From assembly GCA_964057225.1 (NCBI GenBank), contig OZ059897.1:22940001-23004000 (forward strand): DNA of 64,000 bases, read 5' to 3'. The notes beneath the pieces were generated by a model. The model did no database searches. It saw nothing but the letters and a program-made list of their open reading frames with translations, and was not told the DNA's origin. The position numbers were made by a program, and so were the translations under genes. Positions 10,385 to 26,224 of this stretch are shown in pieces. This stretch comes from Auanema rhodensis. Its lineage: Eukaryota > Animalia > Nematoda. Numbering within the stretch: position 1 is the stretch's first letter; every line of letters starts with the position of its first letter.

Positions 10385-13300
10385 GAATCTAATTTTGAAA
10401 ACCGCATCTCTTTATCTTTCACGTGAAGCGAGTTACATACCAAGTGCACATCACGTGTACATTTAATTAGCATAAATTAAAGTTCACGTAAATTTCAAAG
10501 TCATGGTTACCATGAACCAATATCAATAAAAATTTGTTTTTAGACTAATATGGACATGGGGAATCTAATTTTGAAAACCGCATCTCTTTATCTTTCACGT
10601 GAAGCGAGTTACATACCAAGTGCCCATCACGTGTACATTTAATTAGCATAAATTAAAGTTCACGTAAATTTCAAAGTCATGGTTACCATGCACCAATATC
10701 AATAAAAATTTGTTTTTAGACTAATATGGACATGGGGAATCTAATTTTGAAAACCGCATCTCCTTATCTTTCACGTGAAGCGAGTTACATACCAAGTGCA
10801 CATCACGTGTACATTTAATTAGCATAAATTAAAGTTCACGTAAATTTCAAAGTCATGGTTACCATGCACCAATATCAATAAAAATTTGTTTTTAGACTAA
10901 TATGGACATGGGGAATCTAATTTTGAAAACCGCATCTCTTCATCTTTCACGTGAAGCGAGTTACATACCAAGTGCACATCACGTGTACATTTAATTAGCA
11001 TAAATTAAAGTTCACGTAAATTTCAAAGTCATGGTTACCATGCACCAATATCAATAAAAATTTGTTTTTAGACTAATATGGACATGGGGAATCTAATTTT
11101 GAAAACCGCATCTCTTCATCTTTCACGTGAAGCGAGTTACATACCAAGTGCACATCACGTGTACATTTAATTAGCATAAATTAAAGTTCACGTAAATTTC
11201 AAAGTCATGGTTACCATGCACCAATGTCAATAAAAATTTGTTTTTAGACTAATATGGACATGGGGAATCTAATTTTGAAAACCGCATCTCTTCATCTTTC
11301 ACGTGAAGCGAGTTACATACCAAGTGCACATCACGTGTACATTTAATTAGCATAAATTAAAGTTCACGTAAATTCCAAAGTCATGGTTACCATGCACCAA
11401 TATCAATAAAAATTTGTTTTTAGACTAATATGGACATGGGGAATCTAATTTTGAAAACAGCATCTCTTCATCTTTCACGTGAAGCGAGTTACATACCAAG
11501 TGCACATCACGTGTACATTTAATTAGCATAAATTAAAGTTCACGTAAATTTCAAAGTCATGGTTACCATGAACCAATATCAATAAAAATTTGTTTTTAGA
11601 CTAATATGGACATGGGGAATCTAATTTTGAAAACCGCATCTCTTTATCTTTCACGTGAAGCGAGTTACATACCAAGTGCACATCACGTGTACATTTAATT
11701 AGCATAAATTAAAGTTCACGTAAATTTCAAAGTCAAGGTTACCATGCACCAATATCAATAAAAATTTGTTTTTAGACTAATATGGACATGGGGAATCTAA
11801 TTTTGAAAACCGCATCTCTTTATCTTTCACGTGAAGCGAGTTACATACCAAGTGCACATCACGTGTACATTTAATTAGCATAAATTAAAGTTCACGTAAA
11901 TTTCAAAGTCATGGTTACCATGAAGCAATATCAATAAAAATTTGTTTTTAGACTAATATGGACATGGGGAATCTAATTTTGAAAACCGCATCTCTTTATC
12001 TTTCACGTGAAGCGAGTTACATACCAAGTGCACATCACGTGTACATTTAATTAGCATAAATTAAAGTTCACGTAAATTTCAAAGTCATGGTTACCATGAA
12101 CCAATATCAATAAAAATTTGTTTTTAGACTAATATGGACATGGGGAATCTAATTTTGAAAACCGCATCTCTTTATCTTTCACGTGAAGCGAGTTACATAC
12201 CAAGTGCACATCACGTGTACATTTAATTAGCATAAATTAAAGTTCACGTAAATTTCAAAGTCATGGTTACCATGAACCAATATCAATAAAAATTTGTTTT
12301 TAGACTAATATGGACATGGGGAATCTAATTTTGAAAACCGCATCTCTTTATCTTTCACGTGAAGCGAGTTACATACCAAGTGCACATCACGTGTACATTT
12401 AATTAGCATAAATTAAAGTTCACGTAAATTTCAAAGTCATGGTTACCATGAACCAATATCAATAAAAATTTGTTTTTAGACTAATATGGACATGGGGAAT
12501 CTAATTTTGAAAACCGCATCTCTTTATCTTTCACGTGAAGCGAGTTACATACCAAGTGCCCATCACGTGTACATTTAATTAGCATAAATTAAAGTTCACG
12601 TAAATTTCAAAGTCATGGTTACCATGCACCAATATCAATAAAAATTTGTTTTTAGACTAATATGGACATGGGGAATCTAATTTTGAAAACCGCATCTCCT
12701 TATCTTTCACGTGAAGCGAGTTACATACCAAGTGCACATCACGTGTACATTTAATTAGCATAAATTAAAGTTCACGTAAATTTCAAAGTCATGGTTAACA
12801 TGCACCAATATCAATAAAAATTTGTTTTTAGACTAATATGGACATGGGGAATCTAATTTTGAAAACCGCATCTCTTCATCTTTCACGTGAAGCGAGTTAC
12901 ATACCAAGTGCACATCACGTGTACATTTAATTAGCATAAATTAAAGTTCACGTAAATTTCAAAGTCATGGTTACCATGCACCAATATCAATAAAAATTTG
13001 TTTTTAGACTAATATGGACATGGGGAATCTAATTTTGAAAACCGCATCTCTTCATCTTTCACGTGAAGCGAGTTACATACCAAGTGCACATCACGTGTAC
13101 ATTTAATTAGCATAAATTAAAGTTCACGTAAATTTCAAAGTCATGGTTACCATGCACCAATGTCAATAAAAATTTGTTTTTAGACTAATATGGACATGGG
13201 GAATCTAATTTTGAAAACCGCATCTCTTCATCTTTCACGTGAAGCGAGTTACATACCAAGTGCACATCACGTGTACATTTAATTAGCATAAATTAAAGTT

Positions 13301-14256
13301 CACGTAAATTCCAAAGTCATGGTTACCATGCACCAATATCAATAAAAATTTGTTTTTAGACTAATATGGACATGGGGAATCTAATTTTGAAAACAGCATC
13401 TCTTCATCTTTCACGTGAAGCGAGTTACATACCAAGTGCACATCACGTGTACATTTAATTAGCATAAATTAAAGTTCACGTAAATTTCAAAGTCATGGTT
13501 ACCATGAACCAATATCAATAAAAATTTGTTTTTAGACTAATATGGACATGGGGAATCTAATTTTGAAAACCGCATCTCTTTATCTTTCACGTGAAGCGAG
13601 TTACATACCAAGTGCACATCACGTGTACATTTAATTAGCATAAATTAAAGTTCACGTAAATTTCAAAGTCAAGGTTACCATGCACCAATATCAATAAAAA
13701 TTTGTTTTTAGACTAATATGGACATGGGGAATCTAATTTTGAAAACCGCATCTCTTTATCTTTCACGTGAAGCGAGTTACATACCAAGTGCACATCACGT
13801 GTACATTTAATTAGCATAAATTAAAGTTCACGTAAATTTCAAAGTCATGGTTACCATGAAGCAATATCAATAAAAATTTGTTTTTAGACTAATATGGACA
13901 TGGGGAATCTAATTTTGAAAACCGCATCTCTTTATCTTTCACGTGAAGCGAGTTACATACCAAGTGCACATCACGTGTACATTTAATTAGCATAAATTAA
14001 AGTTCACGTAAATTTCAAAGTCATGGTTACCATGAACCAATATCAATAAAAATTTGTTTTTAGACTAATATGGACATGGGGAATCTAATTTTGAAAACCG
14101 CATCTCTTTATCTTTCACGTGAAGCGAGTTACATACCAAGTGCACATCACGTGTACATTTAATTAGCATAAATTAAAGTTCACGTAAATTTCAAAGTCAT
14201 GGTTACCATGAACCAATATCAATAAAAATTTGTTTTTAGACTAATATGGACATGGG
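10385..14256. repeat. Tandem duplication of an 11-monomer unit (1,936 bp x2)
   Basis: M60-70 match M71-81 in the ordered series A131; A64C; T27C; T29C; T29C+A138G; T29C+T111C; C19A+T29C; T120A; A131+C133G; A131; A131. One difference seen (C126A in M73). Confidence 0.9.
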
Positions 14257-17072
14257 GAATCTAATTTTGAAAACCGCATCTCTTTATCTTTCACGTGAAG
14301 CGAGTTACATACCAAGTGCACATCACGTGTACATTTAATTAGCATAAATTAAAGTTCACGTAAATTTCAAAGTCATGGTTACCATGCACCAATATCAATA
14401 AAAATTTGTTTTTAGACTAATATGGACATGGGGAATCTAATTTTGAATACCGCATCTCTTTATCTTTCACGTGAAGCGAGTTACATACCAAGTGCACATC
14501 ACGTGTACATTTAATTAGCATAAATTAAAGTTCACGTAAATTTCAAAGTCATGGTTACCATGAACCAATATCAATAAAAATTTGTTTTTAGACTAATATG
14601 GACATGGGGAATCTAATTTTGAAAACCGCATCTCTTCATCTTTCACGTGAAGCGAGTTACATACCAAGTGCACATCACGTGTACATTTAATTAGCATAAA
14701 TTAAAGTTCACGTAAATTTCAAAGTCATGGTTACCATGCACCAATATCAATAAAAATTTGTTTTTAGACTAATATGGACATGGGGAATCTAATTTTGAAA
14801 ACCGCATCTCGTTATCTTTCACGTGAAGCGAGTTACATACCAAGTGCACATCACGTGTACATTTAATTAGCATAAATTAAAGTTCACGTAAATTTCAAAG
14901 TCATGGTTACCATGCACCAATATCAATAAAAATTTGTTTTTAGACTAATATGGACATGGGGAATCTAATTTTGAAAACCGCATCTCTTTATCTTTCACGT
15001 GAAGCGAGTTACATACCAAGTGCACATCACGTGTACATTTAGTTAGCATAAATTAAAGTTCACGTAAATTTCAAAGTCATGGTTACCATGCACCAATATC
15101 AATAAAAATTTGTTTTTAAACTAATATGGACATGGGGAATCTAATTTTGAAAACCGCATCTCTTTATCTTTCACGTGAAGCGAGTTACATACCGAGTGCA
15201 CATCACGTGTACATTTAATTAGCATAAATTAAAGTTCACGTAAATTTCAAAGTCATGGTTACCATGCACCAATATCAATAAAAATTTGTTTTTAGACTAA
15301 TATGGACATGGGGAATCTAATTTTGAAAACCGCATCTCTTTATCTTTCACGTGAAGCGAGTTACATACCAAGTGCCCATCACGTGTACATTTAATTAGCA
15401 TAAATTAAAGTTCACGTAAATTTCAAAGTCATGGTTACCATGCACCAATATCAATAAAAATTTGTTTTTAGACTAATATGGACATGGGGAATCTAATTTT
15501 GAAAACCGCATCTCGTTATCTTTCACGTGAAGCGAGTTACATACCAAGTGCACATCACGTGTACATTTAATTAGCATAAATTAAAGTTCACGTAAATTTC
15601 AAAGTCATGGTTACCATGCACCAATATCAATAAAAATTTGTTTTTAGACTAATATGGACATGGGGAATCTAATTTTGAAAACCGCATCTCTTCATCTTTC
15701 ACGTGAAGCGAGTTACATACCAAGTGCACATCACGTGTACATTTAATTAGCATAAATTAAAGTTCACGTAAATTTCAAAGTCATGGTTACCATGCACCAA
15801 TATCAATAAAAATTTGTTTTTAGACTAATATGGACATGGGGAATCTAATTTTGAAAACCGCATCTCTTTATCTTTCACGTGAAGCGAGTTACATACCAAG
15901 TGCCCATCACGTGTACATTTAATTAGCATAAATTAAAGTTCACGTAAATTTCAAAGTCATGGTTACCATGCACCAATGTCAATAAAAATTTGTTTTTAGA
16001 CTAATATGGACATGGGGAATCTAATTTTGAAAACCGCATCTCTTTATCTTTCACGTGAAGCGAGTTACATACCAAGTGCACATCACGTGTACATTTAATT
16101 AGCATAAATTAAAGTTCACGTAAATTTCAAAGTCATGGTTACCATGCACCAATATCAATAAAAATTTGTTTTTAGACTAATATGGACATGGGGAATCTAA
16201 TTTTGAAAACCGCATCTCTTCATCTTTCACGTGAAGCGAGTTACATACCAAGTGCACATCACGTGTACATTTAATTAGCATAAATTAAAGTTCACGTAAA
16301 TTTCAAAGTCATGGTTACCATGCACCAATATCAATAAAAATTTGTTTTTAGACTAATATGGACATGGGGAATCTAATTTTGAAAACCGCATCTCTTCATC
16401 TTTCACGTGAAGCGAGTTACATACCAAGTGCACATCACGTGTACATTTAATTAGCATAAATTAAAGTTCACGTAAATTTCAAAGTCATGGTTACCATGCA
16501 CCAATATAAATAAAAATTTGTTTTTAGACTAATATGGACATGGGGAATCTAATTTTGAAAACCGCATCTCTCTATCTTTCACGTGAAGCGAGTTACATAC
16601 CAAGTGCACATCACGTGTACATTTAATTAGCATAAATTAAAGTTCACGTAAATTTCAAAGTCATGGTTACCATGCACCAATGTCAATAAAAATTTGTTTT
16701 TAGACTAATATGGACATGGGGAATCTAATTTTGAAAACCGCATCTCTTCATCTTTCACGTGAAGCGAGTTACATACCAAGTGCACATCACGTGTACATTT
16801 AATTAGCATAAATTAAAGTTCACGTAAATTTCAAAGTCATGGTTACCAAGCACCAATATCAATAAAAATTTGTTTTTAGACTAATATGGACATGGGGAAT
16901 CTAATTTTGAAAACCGCATCTCTTTATCTTTCACGTGAAGCGAGTTACATACCAAGTGCACATCACGTGTACATTTAATTAGCATAAATTAAAGTTCACG
17001 TAAATTTCAAAGTCATGGTTACCATGAACCAATATCAATAAAAATTTGTTTTTAGACTAATATGGACATGGG

Positions 17073-20000
17073 GAATCTAATTTTGAAAACCGCATCTCTT
17101 TATCTTTCACGTGAAGCGAGTTACATACCAAGTGCACATCACGTGTACATTTAATTAGCATAAATTAAAGTTCACGTAAATTTCAAAGTCATGGTTACCA
17201 TGCACCAATGTCAATAAAAATTTGTTTTTAGACTAATATGGACATGGGGAATCTAATTTTGAAAACCGCATCTCTTCATCTTTCACGTGAAGCGAGTTAC
17301 ATACCAAGTGCACATCACGTGTACATTTAATTAGCATAAATTAAAGTTCACGTAAATTTCAAAGTCATGGTTACCATGCACCAATATCAATAAAAATTTG
17401 TTTTTAGACTAATATGGACATGGGGAATCTAATTTTGAAAACCGCATCTCTCTATCTTTCACGTGAAGCGAGTTACATACCAAGTGCACATCACGTGTAC
17501 ATTTAATTAGCATAAATTAAAGTTCACGTAAATTTCAAAGTCATGGTTACCATGCACCAATGTCAATAAAAATTTGTTTTTAGACTAATATGGACATGGG
17601 GAATCTAATTTTGAAAACCGCATCTCGTTATCTTTCACGTGAAGCGAGTTACATTCCAAGTGCACATCACGTGTACATTTAATTAGCATAAATTAAAGTT
17701 CACGTAAATTTCAAAGTCATGGTTACCATGCACCAATATCAATAAAAATTTGTTTTTAGACTAATATGGACATGGGGAATCTAATTTTGAAAACCGCATC
17801 TCTTTATCTTTCACGTGAAGCGAGTTACATACCAAGTGCACATCACGTGTACATTTAATTAGCATAAATTAAAGTTCACGTAAATTTCAAAGTCATGGTT
17901 ACCATGAACCAATATCAATAAAAATTTGTTTTTAGACTAATATGGACATGGGGAATCTAATTTTGAAAACCGCATCTCTTTATCTTTCACGTGAAGCGAG
18001 TTACATACCAAGTGCCCATCACGTGTACATTTAATTAGCATAAATTAAAGTTCACGTAAATTTCAAAGTCATGGTTACCATGCACCAATATCAATAAAAA
18101 TTTGTTTTTAGACTAATATGGACATGGGGAATCTAATTTTGAAAACCGCATCTCCTTATCTTTCACGTGAAGCGAGTTACATACCAAGTGCACATCACGT
18201 GTACATTTAATTAGCATAAATTAAAGTTCACGTAAATTTCAAAGTCATGGTTACCATGCACCAATGTCAATAAAAATTTGTTTTTAGACTAATATGGACA
18301 TGGGGAATCTAATTTTGAAAACCGCATCTCTTCATCTTTCACGTGAAGCGAGTTACATACCAAGTGCACATCACGTGTACATTTAATTAGCATAAATTAA
18401 AGTTCACGTAAATTCCAAAGTCATGGTTACCATGCACCAATATCAATAAAAATTTGTTTTTAGACTAATATGGACATGGGGAATCTAATTTTGAAAACAG
18501 CATCTCTTCATCTTTCACGTGAAGCGAGTTACATACCAAGTGCACATCACGTGTACATTTAATTAGCATAAATTAAAGTTCACGTAAATTTCAAAGTCAT
18601 GGTTACCATGAACCAATATCAATAAAAATTTGTTTTTAGACTAATATGGACATGGGGAATCTAATTTTGAAAACCGCATCTCTTTATCTTTCACGTGAAG
18701 CGAGTTACATACCAAGTGCACATCACGTGTACATTTAATTAGCATAAATTAAAGTTCACGTAAATTTCAAAGTCAAGGTTACCATGCACCAATATCAATA
18801 AAAATTTGTTTTTAGACTAATATGGACATGGGGAATCTAATTTTGAAAACCGCATCTCTTTATCTTTCACGTGAAGCGAGTTACATACCAAGTGCACATC
18901 ACGTGTACATTTAATTAGCATAAATTAAAGTTCACGTAAATTTCAAAGTCATGGTTACCATGCACCAATGTCAATAAAAATTTGTTTTTAGACTAATATG
19001 GACATGGGGAATCTAATTTTGAAAACCGCATCTCTTCATCTTTCACGTGAAGCGAGTTACATACCAAGTGCACATCACGTGTACATTTAATTAGCATAAA
19101 TTAAAGTTCACGTAAATTTCAAAGTCATGGTTACCATGCACCAATATCAATAAAAATTTGTTTTTAGACTAATATGGACATGGGGAATCTAATTTTGAAA
19201 ACCGCATCTCTCTATCTTTCACGTGAAGCGAGTTACATACCAAGTGCACATCACGTGTACATTTAATTAGCATAAATTAAAGTTCACGTAAATTTCAAAG
19301 TCATGGTTACCATGCACCAATGTCAATAAAAATTTGTTTTTAGACTAATATGGACATGGGGAATCTAATTTTGTAATCCGCATCTCGTTATCTTTCACGT
19401 GAAGCGAGTTACATACCAAGTGCACATCACGTGTACATTTAATTAGCATAAATTAAAGTTCACGTAAATTTCAAAGTCATGGTTACCATGCACCAATATC
19501 AATAAAAATTTGTTTTTAGACTAATATGGACATGGGGAATCTAATTTTGAAAACCGCATCTCTTTATCTTTCACGTGAAGCGAGTTACATACCAAGTGCA
19601 CATCACGTGTACATTTAATTAGCATAAATTAAAGTTCACGTAAATTTCAAAGTCATGGTTACCATGAACCAATATCAATAAAAATTTGTTTTTAGACTAA
19701 TATGGACATGGGGAATCTAATTTTGAAAACCGCATCTCTTTATCTTTCACGTGAAGCGAGTTACATACCAAGTGCCCATCACGTGTACATTTAATTAGCA
19801 TAAATTAAAGTTCACGTAAATTTCAAAGTCATGGTTACCATGCACCAATATCAATAAAAATTTGTTTTTAGACTAATATGGACATGGGGAATCTAATTTT
19901 GAAAACCGCATCTCCTTATCTTTCACGTGAAGCGAGTTACATACCAAGTGCACATCACGTGTACATTTAATTAGCATAAATTAAAGTTCACGTAAATTTC

Positions 20001-20592
20001 AAAGTCATGGTTACCATGCACCAATGTCAATAAAAATTTGTTTTTAGACTAATATGGACATGGGGAATCTAATTTTGAAAACCGCATCTCTTCATCTTTC
20101 ACGTGAAGCGAGTTACATACCAAGTGCACATCACGTGTACATTTAATTAGCATAAATTAAAGTTCACGTAAATTCCAAAGTCATGGTTACCATGCACCAA
20201 TATCAATAAAAATTTGTTTTTAGACTAATATGGACATGGGGAATCTAATTTTGAAAACAGCATCTCTTCATCTTTCACGTGAAGCGAGTTACATACCAAG
20301 TGCACATCACGTGTACATTTAATTAGCATAAATTAAAGTTCACGTAAATTTCAAAGTCATGGTTACCATGAACCAATATCAATAAAAATTTGTTTTTAGA
20401 CTAATATGGACATGGGGAATCTAATTTTGAAAACCGCATCTCTTTATCTTTCACGTGAAGCGAGTTACATACCAAGTGCACATCACGTGTACATTTAATT
20501 AGCATAAATTAAAGTTCACGTAAATTTCAAAGTCAAGGTTACCATGCACCAATATCAATAAAAATTTGTTTTTAGACTAATATGGACATGGG
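17073..20592. repeat. Tandem duplication of a 10-monomer unit (1,760 bp x2)
   Basis: M98-107 match M108-117: A138G; T29C; T28C+A138G; T27G; A131; A64C; T27C+A138G; T29C+T111C; C19A+T29C; T120A. Private differences: A55T (M101) and A14T/A17T (M111). Confidence 0.9.
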
Positions 20593-23500
20593 GAATCTAA
20601 TTTTGAAAACCGCATCTCTTTATCTTTCACGTGAAGCGAGTTACATACCAAGTGCACATCACGTGTACATTTAATTAGCATAAATTAAAGTTCACGTAAA
20701 TTTCAAAGTCATGGTTACCATGAAGCAATATCAATAAAAATTTGTTTTTAGACTAATATGGACATGGGGAATCTAATTTTGAAAACCGCATCTCTTTATC
20801 TTTCACGTGAAGCGAGTTACATACCAAGTGCACATCACGTGTACATTTAATTAGCATAAATTAAAGTTCACGTAAATTTCAAAGTCATGGTTACCATGAA
20901 CCAATATCAATAAAAATTTGTTTTTAGACTAATATGGACATGGGGAATCTAATTTTGAAAACCGCATCTCTTTATCTTTCACGTGAAGCGAGTTACATAC
21001 CAAGTGCACATCACGTGTACATTTAATTAGCATAAATTAAAGTTCACGTAAATTTCAAAGTCATGGTTACCATGAACCAATATCAATAAAAATTTGTTTT
21101 TAGACTAATATGGACATGGGGAATCTAATTTTGAAAACCGCATCTCTTTATCTTTCACGTGAAGCGAGTTACATACCAAGTGCACATCACGTGTACATTT
21201 AATTAGCATAAATTAAAGTTCACGTAAATTTCAAAGTCATGGTTACCATGCACCAATATCAATAAAAATTTGTTTTTAGACTAATATGGACATGGGGAAT
21301 CTAATTTTGAATACCGCATCTCTTTATCTTTCACGTGAAGCGAGTTACATACCAAGTGCACATCACGTGTACATTTAATTAGCATAAATTAAAGTTCACG
21401 TAAATTTCAAAGTCATGGTTACCATGAACCAATATCAATAAAAATTTGTTTTTAGACTAATATGGACATGGGGAATCTAATTTTGAAAACCGCATCTCTT
21501 CATCTTTCACGTGAAGCGAGTTACATACCAAGTGCACATCACGTGTACATTTAATTAGCATAAATTAAAGTTCACGTAAATTTCAAAGTCATGGTTACCA
21601 TGAACCAATATCAATAAAAATTTGTTTTTAGACTAATATGGACATGTGGAATCTAATTTTGAAAACCGCATCGCTTTATCTTTCACGTGAAGCGAGTTAC
21701 ATACCAAGTGCACATCACGTGTACATTTAATTAGCATAAATTAAAGTTCACGTAAATTTCAAAGTCATGGTTACCATGCACCAATATCAATAAAAATTTG
21801 TTTTTAGACTAATATGGACATGGGGAATATAATTTTGAAAACCGCATCTCTTTATCTTTCACGTGAAGCGAGTTACATACCAAGTGCACATCACGTGTAC
21901 ATTTAATTAGCATAAATTAAAGTTCACGTAAATTTCAAAGTCATGGTTACCATGAACCAATATCAATAAAAATTTGTTTTTAGACTAATATGGACATGGG
22001 GAATCTAATTTTGAAAACCGCATCTCTTTATCTTTCACGTGAAGCGAGTTACATACCAAGTGCACATCACGTGTACATTTAGTTAGCATAAATTAAAGTT
22101 CACGTAAATTTCAAAGTCATGGTTACCATGCACCAATATCAATAAAAATTTGTTTTTAAACTAATATGGACATGGGGAATCTAATTTTGAAAACCGCATC
22201 TCTTTATCTTTCACGTGAAGCGAGTTACATACCAAGTGCACATCACGTGTACATTTAATTAGCATAAATTAAAGTTCACGTAAATTTCAAAGTCATGGTT
22301 ACCATGCACCAATATCAATAAAAATTTGTTTTTAGACTAATATGGACATGGGGAATCTAATTTTGAAAACCGCATCTCTTTATCTTTCACGTGAAGCGAG
22401 TTACATACCAAGTGCCCATCACGTGTACATTTAATTAGCATAAATTAAAGTTCACGTAAATTTCAAAGTCATGGTTACCATGCACCAATATCAATAAAAA
22501 TTTGTTTTTAGACTAATATGGACATGGGGAATCTAATTTTGAAAACCGCATCTCGTTATCTTTCACGTGAAGCGAGTTACATACCAAGTGCACATCACGT
22601 GTACATTTAATTAGCATAAATTAAAGTTCACGTAAATTTCAAAGTCATGGTTACCATGCACCAATATCAATAAAAATTTGTTTTTAGACTAATATGGACA
22701 TGGGGAATCTAATTTTGAAAACCGCATCTCTTTATCTTTCACGTGAAGCGAGTTACATACCAAGTGCACATCACGTGTACATTTAATTAGCATAAATTAA
22801 AGTTCACGTAAATTTCAAAGTCATGGTTACCATGAACCAATATCAATAAAAATTTGTTTTTAGACTAATATGGACATGGGGAATCTAATTTTGAAAACCG
22901 CATCTCTTTATCTTTCACGTGAAGCGAGTTACATACCAAGTGCCCATCACGTGTACATTTAATTAGCATAAATTAAAGTTCACGTAAATTTCAAAGTCAT
23001 GGTTACCATGCACCAATATCAATAAAAATTTGTTTTTAGACTAATATGGACATGGGGAATCTAATTTTGAAAACCGCATCTCCTTATCTTTCACGTGAAG
23101 CGAGTTACATACCAAGTGCACATCACGTGTACATTTAATTAGCATAAATTAAAGTTCACGTAAATTTCAAAGTCATGGTTACCATGCACCAATATCAATA
23201 AAAATTTGTTTTTAGACTAATATGGACATGGGGAATCTAATTTTGAAAACCGCATCTCTTTATCTTTCACGTGAAGCGAGTTACATACCAAGTGCACATC
23301 ACGTGTACAATTAATTAGCATAAATTACAGTTCACGTAAATTTCAAAGTCATGGTTACCATGCACCAATATCAATAAAAATTTGTTTTTAGACTAATATG
23401 GACATGGGGAATCTAATTTTGAAAACCGCATCTCTTCATCTTTCACGTGAAGCGAGTTACATACCAAGTGCACATCACGTGTACATTTAATTAGCATAAA

Positions 23501-26224
23501 TTAAAGTTCACGTAAATTTCAAAGTCATGGTTACCATGCACCAATATCAATAAAAATTTGTTTTTAGACTAATATGGACATGGGGAATCTAATTTTGAAA
23601 ACCGCATCTCTTTATCTTTCACGTGAAGCGAGTTACATACCAAGTGCACATCACGTGTACATTTAATTAGCATAAATTAAAGTTCACGTAAATTTCAAAG
23701 TCATGGTTACCATGCACCAATGTCAATAAAAATTTGTTTTTAGACTAATATGGACATGGGGAATCTAATTTTGAAAACCGCATCTCTTCATCTTTCACGT
23801 GAAGCGAGTTACATACCAAGTGCACATCACGTGTACATTTAATTAGCATAAATTAAAGTTCACGTAAATTTCAAAGTCATGGTTACCATGCACCAATATC
23901 AATAAAAATTTGTTTTTAGACTAATATGGACATGGGGAATCTAATTTTGAAAACCGCATCTCTTCATCTTTCACGTGAAGCGAGTTACATACCAAGTGCA
24001 CATCACGTGTACATTTAATTAGCATAAATTAAAGTTCACGTAAATTTCAAAGTCATGGTTACCATGCACCAATATCAATAAAAATTTGTTTTTAGACTAA
24101 TATGGACATGGGGAATCTAATTTTGAAAACCGCATCTCTTCATCTTTCACGTGAAGCGAGTTACATACCAAGTGCACATCACGTGTACATTTAATTAGCA
24201 TAAATTAAAGTTCACGTAAATTTCAAAGTCATGGTTACCATGCACCAATATAAATAAAAATTTGTTTTTAGACTAATATGGACATGGGGAATCTAATTTT
24301 GAAAACCGCATCTCTCTATCTTTCACGTGAAGCGAGTTACATACCAAGTGCACATCACGTGTACATTTAATTAGCATAAATTAAAGTTCACGTAAATTTC
24401 AAAGTCATGGTTACCATGCACCAATGTCAATAAAAATTTGTTTTTAGACTAATATGGACATGGGGAATCTAATTTTGAAAACCGCATCTCTTCATCTTTC
24501 ACGTGAAGCGAGTTACATACCAAGTGCACATCACGTGTACATTTAATTAGCATAAATTAAAGTTCACGTAAATTTCAAAGTCATGGTTACCAAGCACCAA
24601 TATCAATAAAAATTTGTTTTTAGACTAATATGGACATGGGGAATCTAATTTTGAAAACCGCATCTCTTTATCTTTCACGTGAAGCGAGTTACATACCAAG
24701 TGCACATCACGTGTACATTTAATTAGCATAAATTAAAGTTCACGTAAATTTCAAAGTCATGGTTACCATGAACCAATATCAATAAAAATTTGTTTTTAGA
24801 CTAATATGGACATGGGGAATCTAATTTTGAAAACCGCATCTCTTTATCTTTCACGTGAAGCGAGTTACATACCAAGTGCACATCACGTGTACATTTAATT
24901 AGCATAAATTAAAGTTCACGTAAATTTCAAAGTCATGGTTACCATGCACCAATGTCAATAAAAATTTGTTTTTAGACTAATATGGACATGGGGAATCTAA
25001 TTTTGAAAACCGCATCTCTTCATCTTTCACGTGAAGCGAGTTACATACCAAGTGCACATCACGTGTACATTTAATTAGCATAAATTAAAGTTCACGTAAA
25101 TTTCAAAGTCATGGTTACCATGCACCAATATCAATAAAAATTTGTTTTTAGACTAATATGGACATGGGGAATCTAATTTTGAAAACCGCATCTCTCTATC
25201 TTTCACGTGAAGCGAGTTACATACCAAGTGCACATGACGTGTACATTTAATTAGCATAAATTAAAGTTCACGTAAATTTCAAAGTCATGGTTACCATGCA
25301 CCAATGTCAATAAAAATTTGTTTTTAGACTAATATGGACATGGGGAATCTAATTTTGAAAACCGCATCTCTTCATCTTTCACGTGAAGCGAGTTACATAC
25401 CAAGTGCACATCACGTGTACATTTAATTAGCATAAATTAAAGTTCACGTAAATTTCAAAGTCATGGTTACCATGCACCAATATCAATAAAAATTTGTTTT
25501 TAGACTAATATGGACATGGGGAATCTAATTTTGAAAACCGCATCTCTTTATCTTTCACGTGAAGCGAGTTACATACCAAGTGCACATCACGTGTACATTT
25601 AATTAGCATAAATTAAAGTTCACGTAAATTTCAAAGTCATGGTTACCATGAACCAATATCAATAAAAATTTGTTTTTAGACTAATATGGACATGGGGAAT
25701 CTAATTTTGAAAACCGCATCTCTTTATCTTTCACGTGAAGCGAGTTACATACCAAGTGCACATCACGTGTACATTTAATTAGCATAAATTAAAGTTCACG
25801 TAAATTTCAAAGTCATGGTTACCATGAACCAATATCAATAAAAATTTGTTTTTAGACTAATATGGACATGGGGAATCTAATTTTGAAAACCGCATCTCTT
25901 TATCTTTCACGTGAAGCGAGTTACATACCAAGTGCACATCACGTGTACATTTAATTAGCATAAATTAAAGTTCACGTAAATTTCAAAGTCATGGTTACCA
26001 TGCACCAATGTCAATAAAAATTTGATTTTAGACTAATATGGACATGGGGAATCTAATTTTGAAAACCGCATCTCTTCATCTTTCACGTGAAGCGAGTTAC
26101 ATACCAAGTGCACATCACGTGTACATTTAATTAGCATAAATTAAAGTTCACGTAAATTTCAAAGTCATGGTTACCATGCACCAATATCAATAAAAATTTG
26201 TTTTTAGACTAATATGGACATGGG

